DNA of 63,958 nt, the filler included, from Reticulomyxa filosa (lineage: Eukaryota; Protista; Foraminifera): assembly GCA_000512085.1 (NCBI GenBank). It is 18 parts of 18 records of this genome, joined end to end, with 100 filler letters (N's around TTAATTAATTAA, not from the genome) between each part and the next. Parts side by side here need not be neighbours in the genome. Positions count along the whole stretch, not along the records: positions 62,251 to 63,958 come from ASPP01016663.1; 17 more parts are not named here. One strand, 5' to 3'. Under the pieces are notes generated by a model. It made no database searches and was not told the origin of the DNA. It saw only the letters and a list, made by a program, of their open reading frames with translations. Numbering within the stretch: position 1 is the stretch's first letter; each line of letters starts with the position of its first letter. Made by a program: the position numbers and the translations under genes. Of this stretch, positions 62,300 to 63,958 are shown piece after piece.

Positions 62300-63349
62300 A
62301 ATCCTAGATATACGATTGCACCGGATATGAAACGGCTGATGGTGACCCAATTGGAAAATGGACAATGGGGATTTGACGTTGGCCAAAGACAACGAGTGAC
62401 CGAAGACTTAGTCCGTCGAAGACATTCCACTACTGTCATGACACATGTCAGAAACTTGATCTTCCCAATCATCATCCCCCATCATGACCCGCTCGGCTTT
62501 AAAAAAATCAAAATGCCGAAAGGTCTTCATCGGCGATTGATGGTGTGTGTGTTTTTCTGCTTTTTATTTTTGTTTTATGTAAATTTTTGATTAAGGAAGG
62601 GAGAGGAAGATTAGAATGATCACGAAACTAAATTTTTTTTTTTTTTTGCACGGGACTAAAAAAAAAAAAAAAAAAAAAATTGGAAACTTGTGCAGAACTT
62701 TTACCGAAATTATTATGATCAAAGAGTCGCGGAAAATTGGGAGGATGAGGGCACACAATTAAACTACTTTGATGTGAAGTCGCACATAATCAGCTTGGAT
62801 AACCAATGGGAAGAACGTGATGCCATTGCCAACGATGTCGTAAAACCGATTTTGGCGGAATGGTCTGGTGGTGAGGAGCTGGAATTCACTGCTTTCTACG
62901 GAATTAGAGAATATGCTAGAAATGCTCTTTTACGGAATCACGTTGATCGGAGCGAAACACACGTTTTCAGTGCAATCTTGCAGATTTCACAGGTTTTTTT
63001 TGTTTCTAATGTTTGCTTTTCCATAGTAAAAAAAAATACGTTGCCAGAATGACGCTTTTGTTTTTTGTTCGAATAGACGGATGTCCAATCTCCATGGGAA
63101 CTGGAAGTCATTGGTTTTGACGGCAAAAGATATTTGGTTGAACTAGAACCTGGTGAAATGGTGTTGTATGAAGGTCACACACTAATCCACGGACGTCCTC
63201 ATCCGCTCAATGGCACTTTGTATTCCAATGCTTTTTGTCATTTTAAACCAAAATCGTGGTCATGGTCAACCGGCTCAGTGTGGAAACATCCTGATGGAAA
63301 AGCAGCTTTGAGTAAACTGCGTGTCACCTTGAATGACATCTACCGCTAA
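62300..63349 (+). CDS. 2OG-Fe(II) dioxygenase (prolyl-hydroxylase-like), 3' part, multi-exon
   Basis: FYGIREY..LRNHVDR (HxD), VELEPGEMVLYEGHTLIHGRP (distal His) and YSNAFCHFKP. Confidence 0.8.
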
Positions 63350-63901
63350 ACATACTCTTTTTATCTTTTTTCGCTTTTCTGTTGCGTCGTAGTTCTCGCA
63401 AAATCGTTTTTTTCGTTTTTTTGGTGATGTAGTTGATACATATTTTTTTTCTTAGAATTCCTCTCTCAACTTATATTTTACAATTTGTCCGACAAATTCA
63501 AACACTGCAAAAAAGTTCAATCTAAATCTCACGTATCCAACACGATCCCGAATGAAACTCCTTAATTCTGATAGTTTAAATTAACCACATTTTGCAATTT
63601 CCTGAAAAGTTTTGGCTGTCTTGTATAAATTTGTCTTTTTATCATTTTTTGAAGATAAATTAAGCAAAAAATTTAAACGTTCGCAAATTTCTCCATATTT
63701 GCCGATTTTAATTACAAAATGGATTTGGATGATACTCCAAACACAGAGAAAGAAAGACACAGATATAAAATATAAAATATTGTTTAATAAAAAATGCCAA
63801 TGTAAAATATTTTTATTTTCTCAAAAAGGTCATGTCACAAACCTTTTTTTTTTATTAAAAAAAAAATTAAACTTAAAAAAAACTTCCTAAACATTAACAA
63901 C

Positions 63902-63958
63902 ATGGACAGTCAAACTACAACACAAAACTCTACTGAAATGGAAACTGAACAAAGTCGA
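63902..63958 (+). CDS. Probable N-terminus of another Kelch-family gene (partial)
   Basis: MDSQTTTQNSTEMETEQSR is preceded by cattaacaacATG, the same context as the Kelch ATG at 11503. Confidence 0.45.
   Translation, partial: MDSQTTTQNSTEMETEQSR

Overview
This is not one locus. It is 18 unrelated short contigs joined by 17 artificial 100-nt spacers (N44-TTAATTAATTAA-N44), so adjacency across a spacer means nothing. Seventeen contigs are AT-rich, intron-containing eukaryotic DNA. The WD40 and Kelch family sequences match the expanded families I recognise from the foraminiferan Reticulomyxa filosa (Rhizaria); that assignment is an inference. Contig 26921-28744 is GC-rich bacterial DNA (comM/yifB plus a probable SPOR protein), most likely a contaminant or prey bacterium. 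Recognisable eukaryotic genes or fragments: SAM-domain protein, WD40 and Kelch family members (some pseudogenised), NF-X1/R3H pseudogene, decayed Pro/Thr-rich repeat protein, CK2 beta, dual-PH CaaX protein, SERGT1/GT96-like glycosyltransferase, BTB/HECTD1-like pseudogene, DBP9/DDX56 pseudogene, a large CAMK/CDPK-derived pseudokinase, a Crinkler/RHS-type NTPase+PD-(D/E)xK nuclease, DnaJA, GDPGP1/VTC2-like phosphorylase, coiled-coil+WD40 protein, NTMT1, SLY1 and a 2OG-Fe(II) oxygenase. Top observations: (1) one ~33-aa exon-encoded module sits at the N-terminus of WD40 proteins and the C-terminus of Kelch proteins, a candidate lineage-specific adaptor box; (2) an apparently intact CR-type NTPase-REase gene; (3) many introns with U-rich 5' and A-rich 3' halves and no polypyrimidine tract; (4) two DNA transposon/MITE families; (5) G-free tracts suggesting strand-specific deamination. 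All calls come from reading motifs by eye; no searches were run.
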